Positions 26,847 to 40,987 of a DNA stretch of 64,000 bases are shown in pieces (the stretch's first letter is position 1; every line of letters starts with the position of its first letter). The stretch covers positions 1 to 64,000 of the forward strand of contig JBFLGF010000021.1 in assembly GCA_050230475.1 (NCBI GenBank), given 5' to 3'. Both the position numbers and the translations under genes were made by a program. The stretch comes from Ancylonema sp. Taxonomy: Eukaryota. The notes beneath the pieces are model-generated. The model was not told where the DNA came from and did not search any database. It saw only the letters and a program-made list of their open reading frames with translations.

Positions 26847-28239
26847 CAGGCGCTGCTCGATCAAAGTGGACAGGTCAAGGGGCCTATCAATGTTACAGCT
26901 CGGAGTTCGTAGAAATATAGCCGCAAAAGAGTGCAATAAATGAATCAATATCCGATGGAAAATTTATGTAGACCACCCACAGAATAATTCGAATAATCCT
27001 TTCGATACTGCGTACACTGTGCGGATCTGCTACTGTTAGGCTTGGGTACAAATGATCATTTTTTTCGAAATCGACTGACAAAAAAGAATTTTTGCTCGCT
27101 GAAACAGAACGGACCAACGAAAAATCTAACAATACATTGGGCCGACGATTAAGCACAGGAGGAGTTCGCACGGCTACGTATCATGCAAAAGAAAGCACCT
27201 TCGCCAGTATACAGACGTGCGTCCTGTGAGGGCACTGGCAGTAGAACCTCTCAAATGTAATATCGCAATACCAGTATCGTTATACCATCAACGTTGTAGC
27301 AAACGAGGAGCACGAGTTGCGAATGTTTTTCGGGTCGGATTAAAATCTGTACGGTAGTGCAACGTCGTAACCTACAATTTTGATATGACTGCAAGATAAC
27401 AGGACGCTTCAAGAAACCCGTCACGTTGACGTCATTGACCTTACGAAGTCTTGACATTCCGATGTTTCGCACGTGGATGAACTCAATCGGAGACGTCAAT
27501 CTAAAGGGGAACGTGGTGAAAAGTGCAATGCTTCCCAACATGCATTCGTGAGGTGGCAGATTGTGTAACTCATAGCATCAACGGGTCCCTGTGTACCTGT
27601 CGCAAAGACAAAAAAACCCAAAGATTAATTAATGAATTAATTAAGATTAATATACACACTCGCAAAGATTGCCTAACTGCGCAGGTATGCACATTGATCA
27701 CACCCTACGCAAACAGACCGGGCACCTTGACAGTGTGCACATCCGATAGTACCCAACCATGAGGTGGCACGTTGCGGAATCCCTCGTATGTTGTATATTC
27801 AGGAACAGGTAGGTGTCGCAATTGACGCCGTGTACGCACGCTCATTGCAGTTGCAGTCAGAAGGTGCCGCACAATAGTCTGAAAACCTGGTGCAGAGAAA
27901 TTTACTCTGTCTTTCTTGTGATTTTGAATGGGGTGTTTCTTTTTCGGCCGCGATTCCTGGGAGGCTTCCGGACCGCTTAATCGGGTCAATGGGAAAGGAA
28001 ACGCATGGCTTCGACGGAAAGAGATAACGGAGAACAGTGCAAGTGCTTTTGAGAGGTAGGGAGGAGTGTAAGGCACCGCTTTACGTTTCCTGTCATTATC
28101 TTAACATGTTCACGCCAGTTCCAGGGGCCGGTTGAGGTGTCCTCGTTGTCTTGCGACAATGTTTATCTTGAAGTCGCATCCGTCAGATTCCTCCGATGAC
28201 CTGATGTTCTGATGGTGATGCCCTGTGGTCTGCCTGCAG

Positions 28240-28744
28240 CGTACAATCTGTGAAGTTTAAAAAAACCGCGACAGCGTTGACTGCGACGCTGGAGGCCATT
28301 CACACTGCTCCAGACGTATCTGTCATTGGTGGGGAACCAACAGACATTGCCAAGGCCATGATTAAACCCAAGCGCTGTCTGAACATCGACGAAGCGATGG
28401 TTTTCGTGCTTAAGCTCGGATCCACCTTACACACCGTTTCGTTGCCGTCATCTTCGGGAAGCGCACAGGATGTGCGCACATCCAACACTCCCAGGCCCAT
28501 TGACAGTCAACTGTCCTTCTCTTTGACCGAAACGACGCGTTACCCTCGTCAGCTCCAATTCTTTGTGTACGGAGGCAGGAAGGGTCTCCTTCTAGCAGGA
28601 GCGACGGTCCCCCTTTGCATCGTGTCGACGAACGGACAGCTAAGCCATGTCAGGCTCCCTGTGGTCGACAGGAAAGGGAGGGTGACAGGCTCTCTATCCA
28701 TCGTGCTTGGTCTGGAAACAGGCGGCACTGCTTCAACAGTTTGA
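28240..28744 (+). CDS. Terminal exon of an unknown gene, C2-domain-like
   Basis: About 165 open codons after a TGCAG acceptor, with a beta-strand pattern (LSFSL..LQFFVY..LLAGATVPL..LPVVDRKGRVTGSLSIVL) typical of C2 folds. Confidence 0.5.
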
Positions 28745-29394
28745 CAGAATTTTGACAGAAGTTCAAATTTCAAATCCCTTGGCTTGCCTGGTTTGCCAGG
28801 TTGTAAATTACCAGCAGTTGAACAACAGTAGCGTACTACTGTTGTTTCTTGTAGACAAATTTGGGTTGTATGACCGTGTGTGTCGTTCTCGCTGCTGACT
28901 TTCCTTGCCGTGGAATCTGAGTAGGAGAATCAACAGCAAGGGTAGTCGAGAATGTGTACAGAACGTTTTTTAGGGTGATTCGTCGGCAGTAGTACCAGAT
29001 TTCAGAGAGAGAGGAACGTCAAACCTGTGCTTGCATGTAGTATAGATACTGTTCCCACTTGCGCAGCCTCTGACTTTGATCGTCATGATTCCTAAAAAGT
29101 GATACATGAGCAGGAGCACTTTGCTGGTGGCATGTAATGGAGGTGACACACCGTTCTTCTCTTCTACCGTCTTTGTCTAGCATCAGACTCTGGAGTGGTT
29201 TTGAATCACATCACACACTCTTCGTGACCTCCTTCCTACATTTGAGTGAACTGTCGTGGGGGGACTTCTTTGAAAGACATACTTAAAAACAACATTGGTA
29301 TACCACAAGCTGGGCTGGAGCTAAGGCTGGGCGAGGCTGGAGCTTATGTAACCATAAAAAAGAAAAAGACATACGTGAGACTTCATTTATTAGA

Positions 29395-32300
29395 TCACTC
29401 AAATGACAGTCGTTGACTGTTGACTAATTCTGCATACGAGCCTCCCTTTGCAACTAGTGTAGAATGTGTGCCTAGCTCTATGATATGCCCGTGTGCCATC
29501 ACAACTATTTGGTCAGCTGATTGCACCGTACTAAGCCGATGTGCAATCACCAAAGTCGTCCTCCCCTGCACACGCCGTGTACGCACGCTCATTGCAGTTG
29601 CAGTCAGAAGGTGCCGCACAATAGTCTGAAAACCTGGTGCAGAGAAATTTACTCTGTCTTTCTTGTGATTTTGAATGGGGTGTTTCTTTTTCGGCCGCGA
29701 TTCCTGGGAGGCTTCCGGACCGCTTAATCGGGTCAATGGGAAAGGAAACGCATGGCTTCGACGGAAAGAGATAACGGAGAACAGTGCAAGTGCTTTTGAG
29801 AGGTAGGGAGGAGTGTAAGGCACCGCTTTACGTTTCCTGTCATTATCTTAACATGTTCACGCCAGTTCCAGGGGCCGGTTGAGGTGTCCTCGTTGTCTTG
29901 CACCAGTATCGTTATACCATCAACGTTGTAGCAAACGAGGAGCACGAGTTGCGAATGTTTTTCGGGTCGGATTAAAATCTGTACGGTAGTGCAACGTCGT
30001 AACCTACAATTTTGATATGACTGCAAGATAACAGGACGCTTCAAGAAACCCGTCACGTTGACGTCATTGACCTTACGAAGTCTTGACATTCCGATGTTTC
30101 GCACGTGGATGAACTCAATCGGAGACGTCAATCTAAAGGGGAACGTGGTGAAAAGTGCAATGCTTCCCAACATGACATTGTCTTCATTGGTCCCCCCCCC
30201 ATGTTGTGCCTACACAGAAATTCCGCCGCAAGGTGATGTCATCACGTGGTGCTCACCTCGTCCAGAATCAAGATCGGAGAATTTTTCAACAGAGCTCGAG
30301 CGATCGCAACTCTCTGGAGAAGACACAACCAAAAACACCTCCCGCCACATTACCTTCCATCAATGTTGACGATAGAATGATCACATATCCCTGTTTCACT
30401 ATCAACACAATCACGTCGCGATGACAAGAACACATTAAAAAAATCGTGATGAAAATTCTACATGCATCCCGAGAGACCCTACCTATTGGAAATCGGCGAT
30501 ACATGAAAAAACCCAAACACAGTGATAAGCTCTGCAATCTCACCTGAGCATCTTAGGATATAGAAAAGGATTGGTACTGATGGGGTCACCTGACGCTGGC
30601 CTCCACTCAGCAAGCTCCCCCTTTCTCCCACCATCGTGTCATAACCCTGCCACCAGAAACTGCCCGCCATCAGCTACGTATGTATGTGTATACATTGTAC
30701 TGTATCGTATTGTAATGTATCGTATCGTATCGTATCGTGTTGTATTGTGTTGTATTGTGTTGTACTGTGTTGTATTGTGCACACTAAAATTAAAATCAGT
30801 AAAGACTTGAAGAATCTGGGAGGCCCTGGGGAGTAGATTTGGGATCTTAAATATCGACTGGTTGGGTGGAAATTTAGAGATGCTTCTACACCTAGCTTCC
30901 CTTTGTATTGTCCGAGCCAAGTGATGACCGAAACTGTTCTACCACTTTTTCGATACTGCACCCGTCCCAATGACCTTAATTCACAGTTCACAAGTCCGTG
31001 TTTCTGAGGGCGTGTCATCCCAAAAACGTCCTTCCTACAGCCGCTACATCCAAAAAATGAAAGATGCATTTTTTTTTTGAAGCCACTGCATGCGAGAAAA
31101 AAGCAGGAACAACTTTGAAGAAAACCATTGAGTTTTTCTTCAGTAGTAACTGAAGAATGTGGATCATTTTCGGGGCCACTGTATGAAAGTGCCACAGGTC
31201 GTACCTGTGGCAGCTTCTCAATGAATTCGTGAGCGTTTGCAGCCTTTGCGGCGGCAATCACCTCCTCCTCCGACACCCGTTCGTTTGGCAAACCGTACGC
31301 AATGTTGTCGCGGAGGGAGAGGGCGAACAGCACGGGTTCCTGCGTGCAACGGGCATAAATATTAAATAAGTGTTGTGAATAAGAAATGATATGGCGTGCG
31401 ATGAGGCAGGCAGATGGGATGACATGTACGGAGTATCATCATCCTATTCATGGTCACACACATTGGAGGCGAACTGAGGCGTGTTCGACCAATTTTCGGC
31501 ATTTCAGCCTGAAAGATATACGTATTCTGTAACCACACTCTCTCAGCTATAGCTGATGAAGCATTCGACTGAAATGCTTAAAACAACGAAGACATCTAGC
31601 TATCTAGCTATCTAGCTATCTAGCTATCTAGCTATCTAGCTATCTAGCTATCTAGCTATCTAGCTATCTAGCTATCTAGCTATCTAGCTATCTAGCTATC
31701 TAGCTATCTAGCTATCTAGCTATCTAGCTATCTAGCTATCTAGCTATCTAGCTATCTAGCTATCTAGCTATCTAGCCGACTAGCTCTCTAGGCTACATGG
31801 ACTATCTAGGTTATGATGAGATGTGGTGAGGGATACGTACCTGGTTCACGAGGGACACCGCCCTCGCCCACTCACTTTTGTCGTACAGCCGCACATCCTG
31901 CCCAGCCAGGCTGATCACCCCAGAAGTCGGCTGGCCCCACCAACCCCCAAGCGCCAACAGAGCAAGCCATATAGCAAGCACGATGGTGAGCGATTTTTTT
32001 TTGGGTTTTTTTTTTTGGGTTTTGCTCCCGATATACCAGCATTGCAAGATGGTACATAGGGATCTACAAACCTATCCCACCACCATCCCAATTCCACATC
32101 GTCAATCTAACCCCCGTAGTCTTACAAATTCCGCAAACACCACATGAAAGAAACAAGTGAATGCCACACACCTGTCCTGTTACGCGGCGGCTGTACACGC
32201 ACACACCTCGCGGAAACTGTGATAAGCACTGTTCCACATTCCGTTCCTATTCCGCGCCCCGCCCCCCGCCCCCCTACCTCGTAGAACCTGGACAGCAGTT

Positions 32301-35300
32301 GCACCACAGTACTCTTGCCGGCCCCGCTCGCCCCCACGAGCGCTGTCACGCTGCCACGTGTCAACCTCAGGTCGATGCCCTTCAGGATTTCGATGTCTCC
32401 CCTCTGCGGGTACGAGAAGCTGACACCTGTTGCCAGAGGGGACAGGTGTCACACACACTTTCGGAATCTTCCTGGAACCTTCCTCGAAAGCACAGGAGGC
32501 AAGCAGAGGGAGCCGCCACCCGCTCACAGTTTCCATTCCAAGTGGCAGAGATGAAACATAAGCGATCAGCCTCACAAGCGATCAGCATATGATAAGCCTT
32601 GAGTGTTATAAGCGACCATCCATTTCAGTTGCGGGGTATACCATCCGCACCAGTTAGTTTCGATGCCTTACCCTCCAGCATCACATCTCCCGCCCACGCC
32701 AGCTCACACACCGAGCTCAGCTTCTGCTCCACCGGGACGCTGACACCTGGCGATGAGGGAGTGAGGGAAGGAGGGTCTCTGCAGGTGTCGATCTCTCCCC
32801 TCGCCTCTCTCTCCAGTCCAAGCGCCAATGAGGAGTCGACAGCTGTCTCAGAAGTAACCACGATGATTCTGCCCACGGCCGCGAACACGCTCCGAATGTC
32901 TGCCAGGGTGTTCACCAGACCTTGGACCTGGAGGGGGGGCAGGGACAGGGCTTCAGGTGAAAACAACACTGCGCCCCACTTCTCACATCCCTCCATCCTG
33001 TGTCTCACGACACCAGGTGAAAACAACAGAGGCTCCTAGTGACAGGTGCCACTCAACCGACCGCTTGATTGGCCACAGGTGTCCGTACCACCAAGTAACA
33101 CGAAATCTGTGACAAGGGTGCCCATGGGAATGCTCTAGACTGAGTCCTTTCTTCTCATGGCAGAAGTCGCTCTGGCAGAACTCTTACGGCAAAAGTCATG
33201 GTGAAGGTGTACCCGATGAAAGACACCATTGTGCCGACTGGCAAAAGTCCCTGAACCCCAAAACCCCCAAACATCAAAACCCGAATCGCATGCCAGTCAC
33301 CCTCTTACCCCCTGGCCCTTTTTCCCTTTAAACAACATTGGGAAAAACCACAAAACCACAAAACCACAAAACCACAAAACCACAAAACCACAAAACCACA
33401 AAACCACAAAACCACAAAACCACAAAACCACAAAACCACAAAACCACAAAACCACAAAACCACAAAACCACAAAACCACAAAACCACAAAACCACAAAAC
33501 CACAAAACCACAAAACCACAAAACCACAAAACCGCGAAATTAAAAAAATCACAAAACCAAAAAACCACGAAACCACAAAATCACGAAACCATAAAACCAC
33601 AAAACCACAAAACCACGAAATCAAAAAATCACGAAACCATAAAACCACAAAACCACGAAATCAAAAAATCACAAAACCAAAAAACCACGAAATCACGAAA
33701 TCACGAAACCACAAAATTAAGCCTTTTTCCAAAAATAATGTGAACCACCGCATTCCGACAAAAGGAAAAAGGCTTTTTGATGTGAAGGCCTGCGTGTGTG
33801 CGAAGGGACAACGGTTTTTGCCACGTACTGCTTTCACTTTCGCCCCCCCCAACCAGTACACTGCCAGCAAGGACACGTAAACCGCGATCCTTGTCCACGC
33901 CTCGTTATACGAGTTCAGCCACCCAAGCTGCGTCCCGCTTGCTTGAGAAGCTGCCACCTGTCCCTCAAACGCGCCCAGCTGGCGGCTCTCCCCGCCAAAG
34001 GAACGCACCTGCCGTGAAAAGACGCCAGCTGTCAATGTGGCATCAAAATAAAGGAGCCACATGCAATGCATGCACATCGTCTTCCATACGTTCCTTATAA
34101 ACGACCATTCCTTATAAACAACCATTCCTTATGAACGACCATTCCTTATGAACGACCTACAAACTACACCTGCGAATCGTCTTCGACTGCCTCTCTCTCC
34201 CCCTTCCTTTACCCGAATTCCTCTCCCCACCCCCTTCCTCCCCCCCCTCACCGTTCTTATAGCGCCGAATGTTTCGTTCGCACACTCAAATATTTTGGCC
34301 TGCGTTTTGGCGTGCATGCGGAATACCGGCGCAGTCGTCCTCTTGTACAGAGCTGAGGCAAACCAAGTCCGCATAATCATGCGGTCAAGACAGCTCCAAC
34401 CTCTCCTCCCCCAAATTCCCCAGAGGATGGAGAAATCTCTTTTCGAGGTTTGATTTTTTTTTTTTTTTTTTTTTTTTTGGAATCGTTTTTTTTTTTAAAT
34501 CTTACCTGGGGTTATAACTTTTTATTCCCCGAAACATTTGCCCCGAATTGTTCCCAGGCACGTTCAGGTTCCCCCACCCCCCACCCCCCATAAAAATCTC
34601 GAGCTGACCATTCAAGCGGCTACCATGACACATTCCCACCTTTCTGCCACCCCTTTCTGCCTACCTACGCCAGTGGACATGGCGATCATGAGGAACGCGA
34701 AGGCGGGAGCCAAGTCCCTCGACAGGTACCAGAGGATGGTGAGGGTGCCGAGGACCTGGGGAAGAGGACAAAAACAGTGACGTCAGCATGTCCCACACGG
34801 GACAGTGGACACATGTGTTCGATCACAAAAACATTTGACTCACTTTTGACGGTCACCCTGAAAAGCGGAGGGGGAAGATTCGGTACAAGCTTTTGGCAGA
34901 CCACACCATAGAGGTCCGCATTCAGGTTCGGGTTCGGGTTCGGGTTCGAATTCAGGCTCAGGTTCAGGTTCAGATTCAGGTTCAGGTTCGGGTTCGGGTT
35001 CGGGTTCAGGTTCAGGTTCGGGTTCAGGTTTAGGGTATTTCTGTTTGGGGTGCGGAAGGGATGTGACTGACCTCTGACAGCGCCCGGAACCCTCGATCTC
35101 TCGACACGTTCTCGCTCACCACCTTCTCCACCGCCGCCAGCTCAGACGCCAGCAAGGCGGTCAACTCGCCGACCTGGCAACGAAACCAACCAACCGACCA
35201 AACAACCCTTTGAACAAAAAAACAGAGGACCAATATGTAGATCGACCTACCCACCCCCCCCTCTCTTGCTCCCCCCCCCCTCATCTGCCACACACAAACT

Positions 35301-37592
35301 TCAGTCCCTTCACCAATCCTCACATCTGTTTCCCTCTCAACCACGCCAATTGACATATCACGCAGGAACATCTGAAGGCACTCATTCACTCCAAAGACGG
35401 GATAGACAGAAGGGCCTGTGTGGGATTGACGTGAGCTGTGGTCGAGATGCGGCTGATGAAATATGGAATAGCGACCAGAAGCATTCCCCCACCCCCCTAC
35501 GGAATCAAAACAAGTCGGTGCAAACCCAGAGCAGACTCCCTTTACTCCTTCACTCACTTTATGGCGGTCAAAGAACTCGACCTGCACCACAGCCCACCCC
35601 CTCGGTTGGATCATTCGAATTTCGGGTGCAGCTTGTCCACGGGGCCACACTCGTACCATACTCGCGGAGTAATGACGTCATCATGCTGTAATGACGTCAT
35701 TATGCTGTTATGATGTCATCATGCTGTGATGACGTCATCGTACTGTACTGATGTCATCATGCCGGATGACATCATCATTATTCTTGACAACGGTGCCATT
35801 TGTCATATGATTTAGGTGTAGGAGGCCTGTAGCGAGACCCCTCTGTTCTGATATTCGTTGCACTCGTCACTCATTGACCCCTGAACAGTGATGCAACCCT
35901 GTGGCCCTGCCTGCACACCACTGCACTGTCATACTTCTCTGGGTCCGAAATCCCCTCATCTAATACTGCCACACAGAGCCTCCATGCACCCCTGGACGGC
36001 CTCTACCACACAAACTCTTTTCAACCAAACATGGAATGGGCTCGAGGCTCTAGTGTGTGTATACACCCTGATGCCCTCCCTTATTGCATGCTTGCTCGAA
36101 TGGACGATGCATGCAATGATAATTGCATGCAATGCAAATAGGAATGGGGTTATTGTGGAGCACTTGTGGTAGAGCGTGCGTGACGTCATGCAAACTTTCA
36201 AGAAAGGGATTCACTTTATGACAAACACACAGCTGAGACCATGTGTTATAAGCTCTGGATATATGTATGCATGTATGTATGGTTGTATGCATGTATGTAT
36301 GCTTGGAAGTACGTAGGCATGTATGTATGGATGTATACATGTATGCAGAATAGGCTGTCGAATTGTGTGTATGCATATATGTCTTTATGTATGTTTGTGT
36401 GTATGTGTTTGTTACATTGGGCCAAAATTACCTGTTGGACCAGTAGGCGCTCAAACACTCGTGCTCGCAGTTGCGCCATCACCCGCTCCCATGCGGTTAT
36501 CAAACTGGTGACGTAGGAGATTGTCACCAGGGGTTCCAGCAAGTAGATGAAGGCCAACGTGCCCAGCAGGCGGGGCAGGGGTTCAGTTCGCTTCCCTATG
36601 AGAGTCTCAAAAAAAGCACCTGAGGGAGATGAAAGAGGGGGAGAATGTGAAATGGTGGTGAGGACGGACGAGGAGGGGGGGCTAGAATAGGGCCGAAGAT
36701 CGGAAATCAAAAAAGTTATTTTTTAGGAATTTTTGCGATGAGAAAACGGAATGATGTGGCCTCTGAGAAATTGATTATTTACAAACAAATGTGAAATGAT
36801 AAGTTATGACGTATGATACCACAGTTATTATTGATATTACTATGTATCATGATCAATTTGACACATGCTATGATGTGGGATAATATCGGATGCTAAAGAC
36901 TTCCTGCAGAGTGGTACACTGGAAGAAAGTGTGACAGAGTCTTAAGGGCGAGGAAGTAAAGATGGGATGGTAGAGAGAGTCTTATCGCTAGTTGATCTGG
37001 GAACAGGTGGTGGCCAGTGAAGTCACTGGGGAGGCGTGCAAGGGGGAGTTGCACCAGTGAATCGTGGCATGATGAGAGTACAGCTGGTCCCCACCATGAG
37101 AGAAGCAGCGGCTCTGGCCAGTAGCAGCTTCTCTTTCCATACCAGGCCGAGCACAAGCCGCCACGTCAACACCGCTTCAGGCTCGGGTCGGGACGACCCT
37201 GCAATCTCCGTTCGCACTTCCACATCGTATGGGAACGAGCTATCAGAACCATTCCCGCGGTCACCATCTATATCGTAGGCTGGAGCGGGTGGGGAAATGT
37301 AAGCCTGAGTTGCCACATGGCGATTTTGTGTTGGCAGCTGATATGTAGTGTGGAGGATTTTTGGAGATCGTGTTTTTGAAGGGGAAGGTGTTTGGGTTGT
37401 GCGGAATTTAGGTGGGAGCTTTTGTGTGAGGCCACGTGTAAATCTGGCAGACGAGGTTGTACAGCTCGAAGAATGGTATGGAACATGGCAAAAAACTATG
37501 TTTTGTGTAATCGAGCTCGATAAATTTCTCGGAGCGGAAGGAGTTGATATTGAGCCGGATGGAAAGGTCGAAGTCTGGCACGAATGCATCAT
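29395..37592 (-). CDS. ABCB28: ABC half-transporter ABCB28/NAP8-like (one NBD exon not found)
   Basis: Motifs [43 protein letters not shown], Walker [11 protein letters not shown]-loop [34 protein letters not shown] and IAHRLSTV. Transit-peptide-like first exon; start approximate. Confidence 0.92.
29572..30174. repeat. Permuted copy of two nearby segments (27825-28154 then 27270-27542)
   Basis: 29572-29901 matches 27825-28154 and 29902-30174 matches 27270-27542. Same strand, reversed order. Confidence 0.95.
31594..31776. repeat. (TAGCTATC)n perfect 8-mer array in an ABCB28 intron
   Basis: About 22 perfect units. Confidence 0.98.
33344..33715. repeat. (ACCACAAA)n 8-mer array, degenerate in its distal part
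   Basis: Perfect to about 33533, then variants ACCACGAA/ATCACGAA/ATCAAAAA. Confidence 0.97.
34921..35029. repeat. (GGTTCA/GGTTCG)n 6-mer array in an ABCB28 intron
   Basis: About 18 units. Confidence 0.95.
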
Positions 37593-39052
37593 GTATGAAT
37601 CGCGTATGCGGCGAGCGACCTCCTTGCGATAATCACGATTTAAACTAAGTCCAACTGAGTGGCATCGTGATTCCCGCGAGGGTAATTTTGCCTCGGCAGC
37701 GCTTGTACTACAGGCTGACACCTCCCAGCGAGAAAGTTGGCGGTATGGAATGTCAGTGCATCGAGGACTTCATGAAATCCTAGCAGGCAGTGTGTCAGAG
37801 TGTGTGCTACGATATGCCGCAGGAATGCACACCGTGTAGCCACGTGTCATGAAAGCCACGCATGGATCCATTGGTGCTTGTGCAGATAATCGCGCCTGTG
37901 CTGGGGTCAATTCAAATTCGGTCGTTCAAACTGGGGGATGGTTCCACCCGCCTAAAACTACCATATCGTTAGGGAGTAGGGACTGCGCCGGTAAGCTGGC
38001 AACGGTGTAAAATGGGGTTCGAAAACGCACATGACCAGGGGGAGTGGACATGGATGCTTGCAGCCCCGATACGACTGGTCAACAGCCGTGATCCACCGTG
38101 AACCCTTTCCATCCTAAAACAGTATCCCATTCCTGCCGGACAGCCGAGGACCGTTTGTTCGCGCCTCTTGCCCCTGCCTGCCTCAGCGTGATGACCGAGT
38201 GCCACGTGTACGATTCCAGTGGATTTGCCACGCCGTACCAAATTTTGAGAGGCTCTGCCCATGTCTGGCAGACGCCACGAGAGAGCTAGCTGCACACTTG
38301 CTTGACCTAGGGGAAGGGCATGCTCTTAGATTGGACTCGCTGGTGTGAATTTTAGCCTTTCGCAAACCAGCTTCGCGATTCATGGCTTGCTTGAAGGCTC
38401 CTGCTGTCACCAATCTCGTTGACAGGAGTAAAAATAGGATATTTAAGGAACTGCGACCACCATCAGCTTTCCTTCAAATCCCATTTGTTTCTGGCCCCAT
38501 TATGAAGAACGTTCGACTTAGGACAGAGTAAGCAGCTTGGGGCTAAGACAGTCGAGGATGTCTCCGGCAGTTAGTACGCTATAAGATCCGGATATGTGAA
38601 TGCATAGTGCTTTAAAGGGGTGCATTGTGTGGTTGTCCTTCTGTAATCCACTTCACACACATTTCGCTGTCTACATTTCGGTGGAGTCTAAGATTTCGAT
38701 GATGCTGAACAAGCGTGAATGAGACCACCGTGTTGTATCTCCGTATGAAACACACGATCCATGCCTGACTTGGTTCCACACTTTGTCGCCGTACGACACA
38801 CTCTGCGCACGGGAGCTGTGACCTTTGCAGCTGCCACCAGTCTCTGAGGGCATTTGCGCCCAATCTAATTGCGCCTATCCACTCTGCCTTCTTTCGATCA
38901 ATTTCTAGGCACGTACGTTCCATTCGCACATCTGCCCCCCGTCCAACCTGCACCTATGTGAGCGCAGAGGACCCGATCGATGTGGTTGCCAGCATCCAAA
39001 ATAATAAGGTCCGTACTTGAAACCTCAGGGTACCGCATCCCAATCCAGTGCN

Positions 39053-39653
39053 ATTCCCCCACCCCCCTACGGAATCAAAACAAGTCGGTGCAAACCCAGA
39101 GCAGACTCCCTTTACTCCTTCACTCACTTTATGGCGGTCAAAGAACTCGACCTGCACCACAGCCCACCCCCTCGGTTGGATCATTCGAATTTCGGGTGCA
39201 GCTTGTCCACGGGGCCACACTCGTACCATACTCGCGGAGTAATGACGTCATCATGCTGTAATGACGTCATTATGCTGTTATGATGTCATCATGCTGTGAT
39301 GACGTCATCGTACTGTACTGATGTCATCATGCCGGATGACATCATCATTATTCTTGACAACGGTGCCATTTGTCATATGATTTAGGTGTAGGAGGCCTGT
39401 AGCGAGACCCCTCTGTTCTGATATTCGTTGCACTCGTCACTCATTGACCCCTGAACAGTGATGCAACCCTGTGGCCCTGCCTGCACACCACTGCACTGTC
39501 ATACTTCTCTGGGTCCGAAATCCCCTCATCTAATACTGCCACACAGAGCCTCCATGCACCCCTGGACGGCCTCTACCACACAAACTCTTTTCAACCAAAC
39601 ATGGAATGGGCTCGAGGCTCTAGTGTGTGTATACACCCTGATGCCCTCCCTTA
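39053..39653. repeat. N-flanked 601-bp copy of 35483-36083
   Basis: Identical by eye at offset 3570; N at 39052 and 39654. Confidence 0.95.
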
Positions 39654-39655
39654 NA

Positions 39656-40987
39656 CCGCGAGGGTAATTTTGCCTCGGCAGCGCTTGTACTACAGGCTGA
39701 CACCTCCCAGCGAGAAAGTTGGCGGTATGGAATGTCAGTGCATCGAGGACTTCATGAAATCCTAGCAGGCAGTGTGTCAGAGTGTGTGCTACGATATGCC
39801 GCAGGAATGCACACCGTGTAGCCACGTGTCATGAAAGCCACGCATGGATCCATTGGTGCTTGTGCAGATAATCGCGCCTGTGCTGGGGTCAATTCAAATT
39901 CGGTCGTTCAAACTGGGGGATGGTTCCACCCGCCTAAAACTACCATATCGTTAGGGAGTAGGGACTGCGCCGGTAAGCTGGCAACGGTGTAAAATGGGGT
40001 TCGAAAACGCACATGACCAGGGGGAGTGGACATGGATGCTTGCAGCCCCGATACGACTGGTCAACAGCCGTGATCCACCGTGAACCCTTTCCATCCTAAA
40101 ACAGTATCCCATTCCTGCCGGACAGCCGAGGACCGTTTGTTCGCGCCTCTTGCCCCTGCCTGCCTCAGCGTGATGACCGAGTGCCACGTGTACGATTCCA
40201 GTGGATTTGCCACGCCGTACCAAATTTTGAGAGGCTCTGCCCATGTCTGGCAGACGCCACGAGAGAGCTAGCTGCACACTTGCTTGACCTAGGGGAAGGG
40301 CATGCTCTTAGATTGGACTCGCTGGTGTGAATTTTAGCCTTTCGCAAACCAGCTTCGCGATTCATGGCTTGCTTGAAGGCTCCTGCTGTCACCAATCTCG
40401 TTGACAGGAGTAAAAATAGGATATTTAAGGAACTGCGACCACCATCAGCTTTCCTTCAAATCCCATTTGTTTCTGGCCCCATTATGAAGAACGTTCGACT
40501 TAGGACAGAGTAAGCAGCTTGGGGCTAAGACAGTCGAGGATGTCTCCGGCAGTTAGTACGCTATAAGATCCGGATATGTGAATGCATAGTGCTTTAAAGG
40601 GGTGCATTGTGTGGTTGTCCTTCTGTAATCCACTTCACACACATTTCGCTGTCTACATTTCGGTGGAGTCTAAGATTTCGATGATGCTGAACAAGCGTGA
40701 ATGAGACCACCGTGTTGTATCTCCGTATGAAACACACGATCCATGCCTGACTTGGTTCCACACTTTGTCGCCGTACGACACACTCTGCGCACGGGAGCTG
40801 TGACCTTTGCAGCTGCCACCAGTCTCTGAGGGCATTTGCGCCCAATCTAATTGCGCCTATCCACTCTGCCTTCTTTCGATCAATTTCTAGGCACGTACGT
40901 TCCATTCGCACATCTGCCCCCCGTCCAACCTGCACCTATGTGAGCGCAGAGGACCCGATCGATGTGGTTGCCAGCATCCAAAATAAT
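39656..40987. repeat. 1332-bp copy of 37674-39005
   Basis: Identical ORFs at offset 1982; begins just after an N. Confidence 0.95.

Noticed and set aside
33229..33880. Long repetitive ORFs ([16 protein letters not shown]; also the YIYI, HTYT and IRIR ORFs)
   Set aside because: Translations of intronic microsatellites.
37969..38953. Short ORFs upstream of ABCB28
   Set aside because: No recognisable motifs or consistent splice chain.
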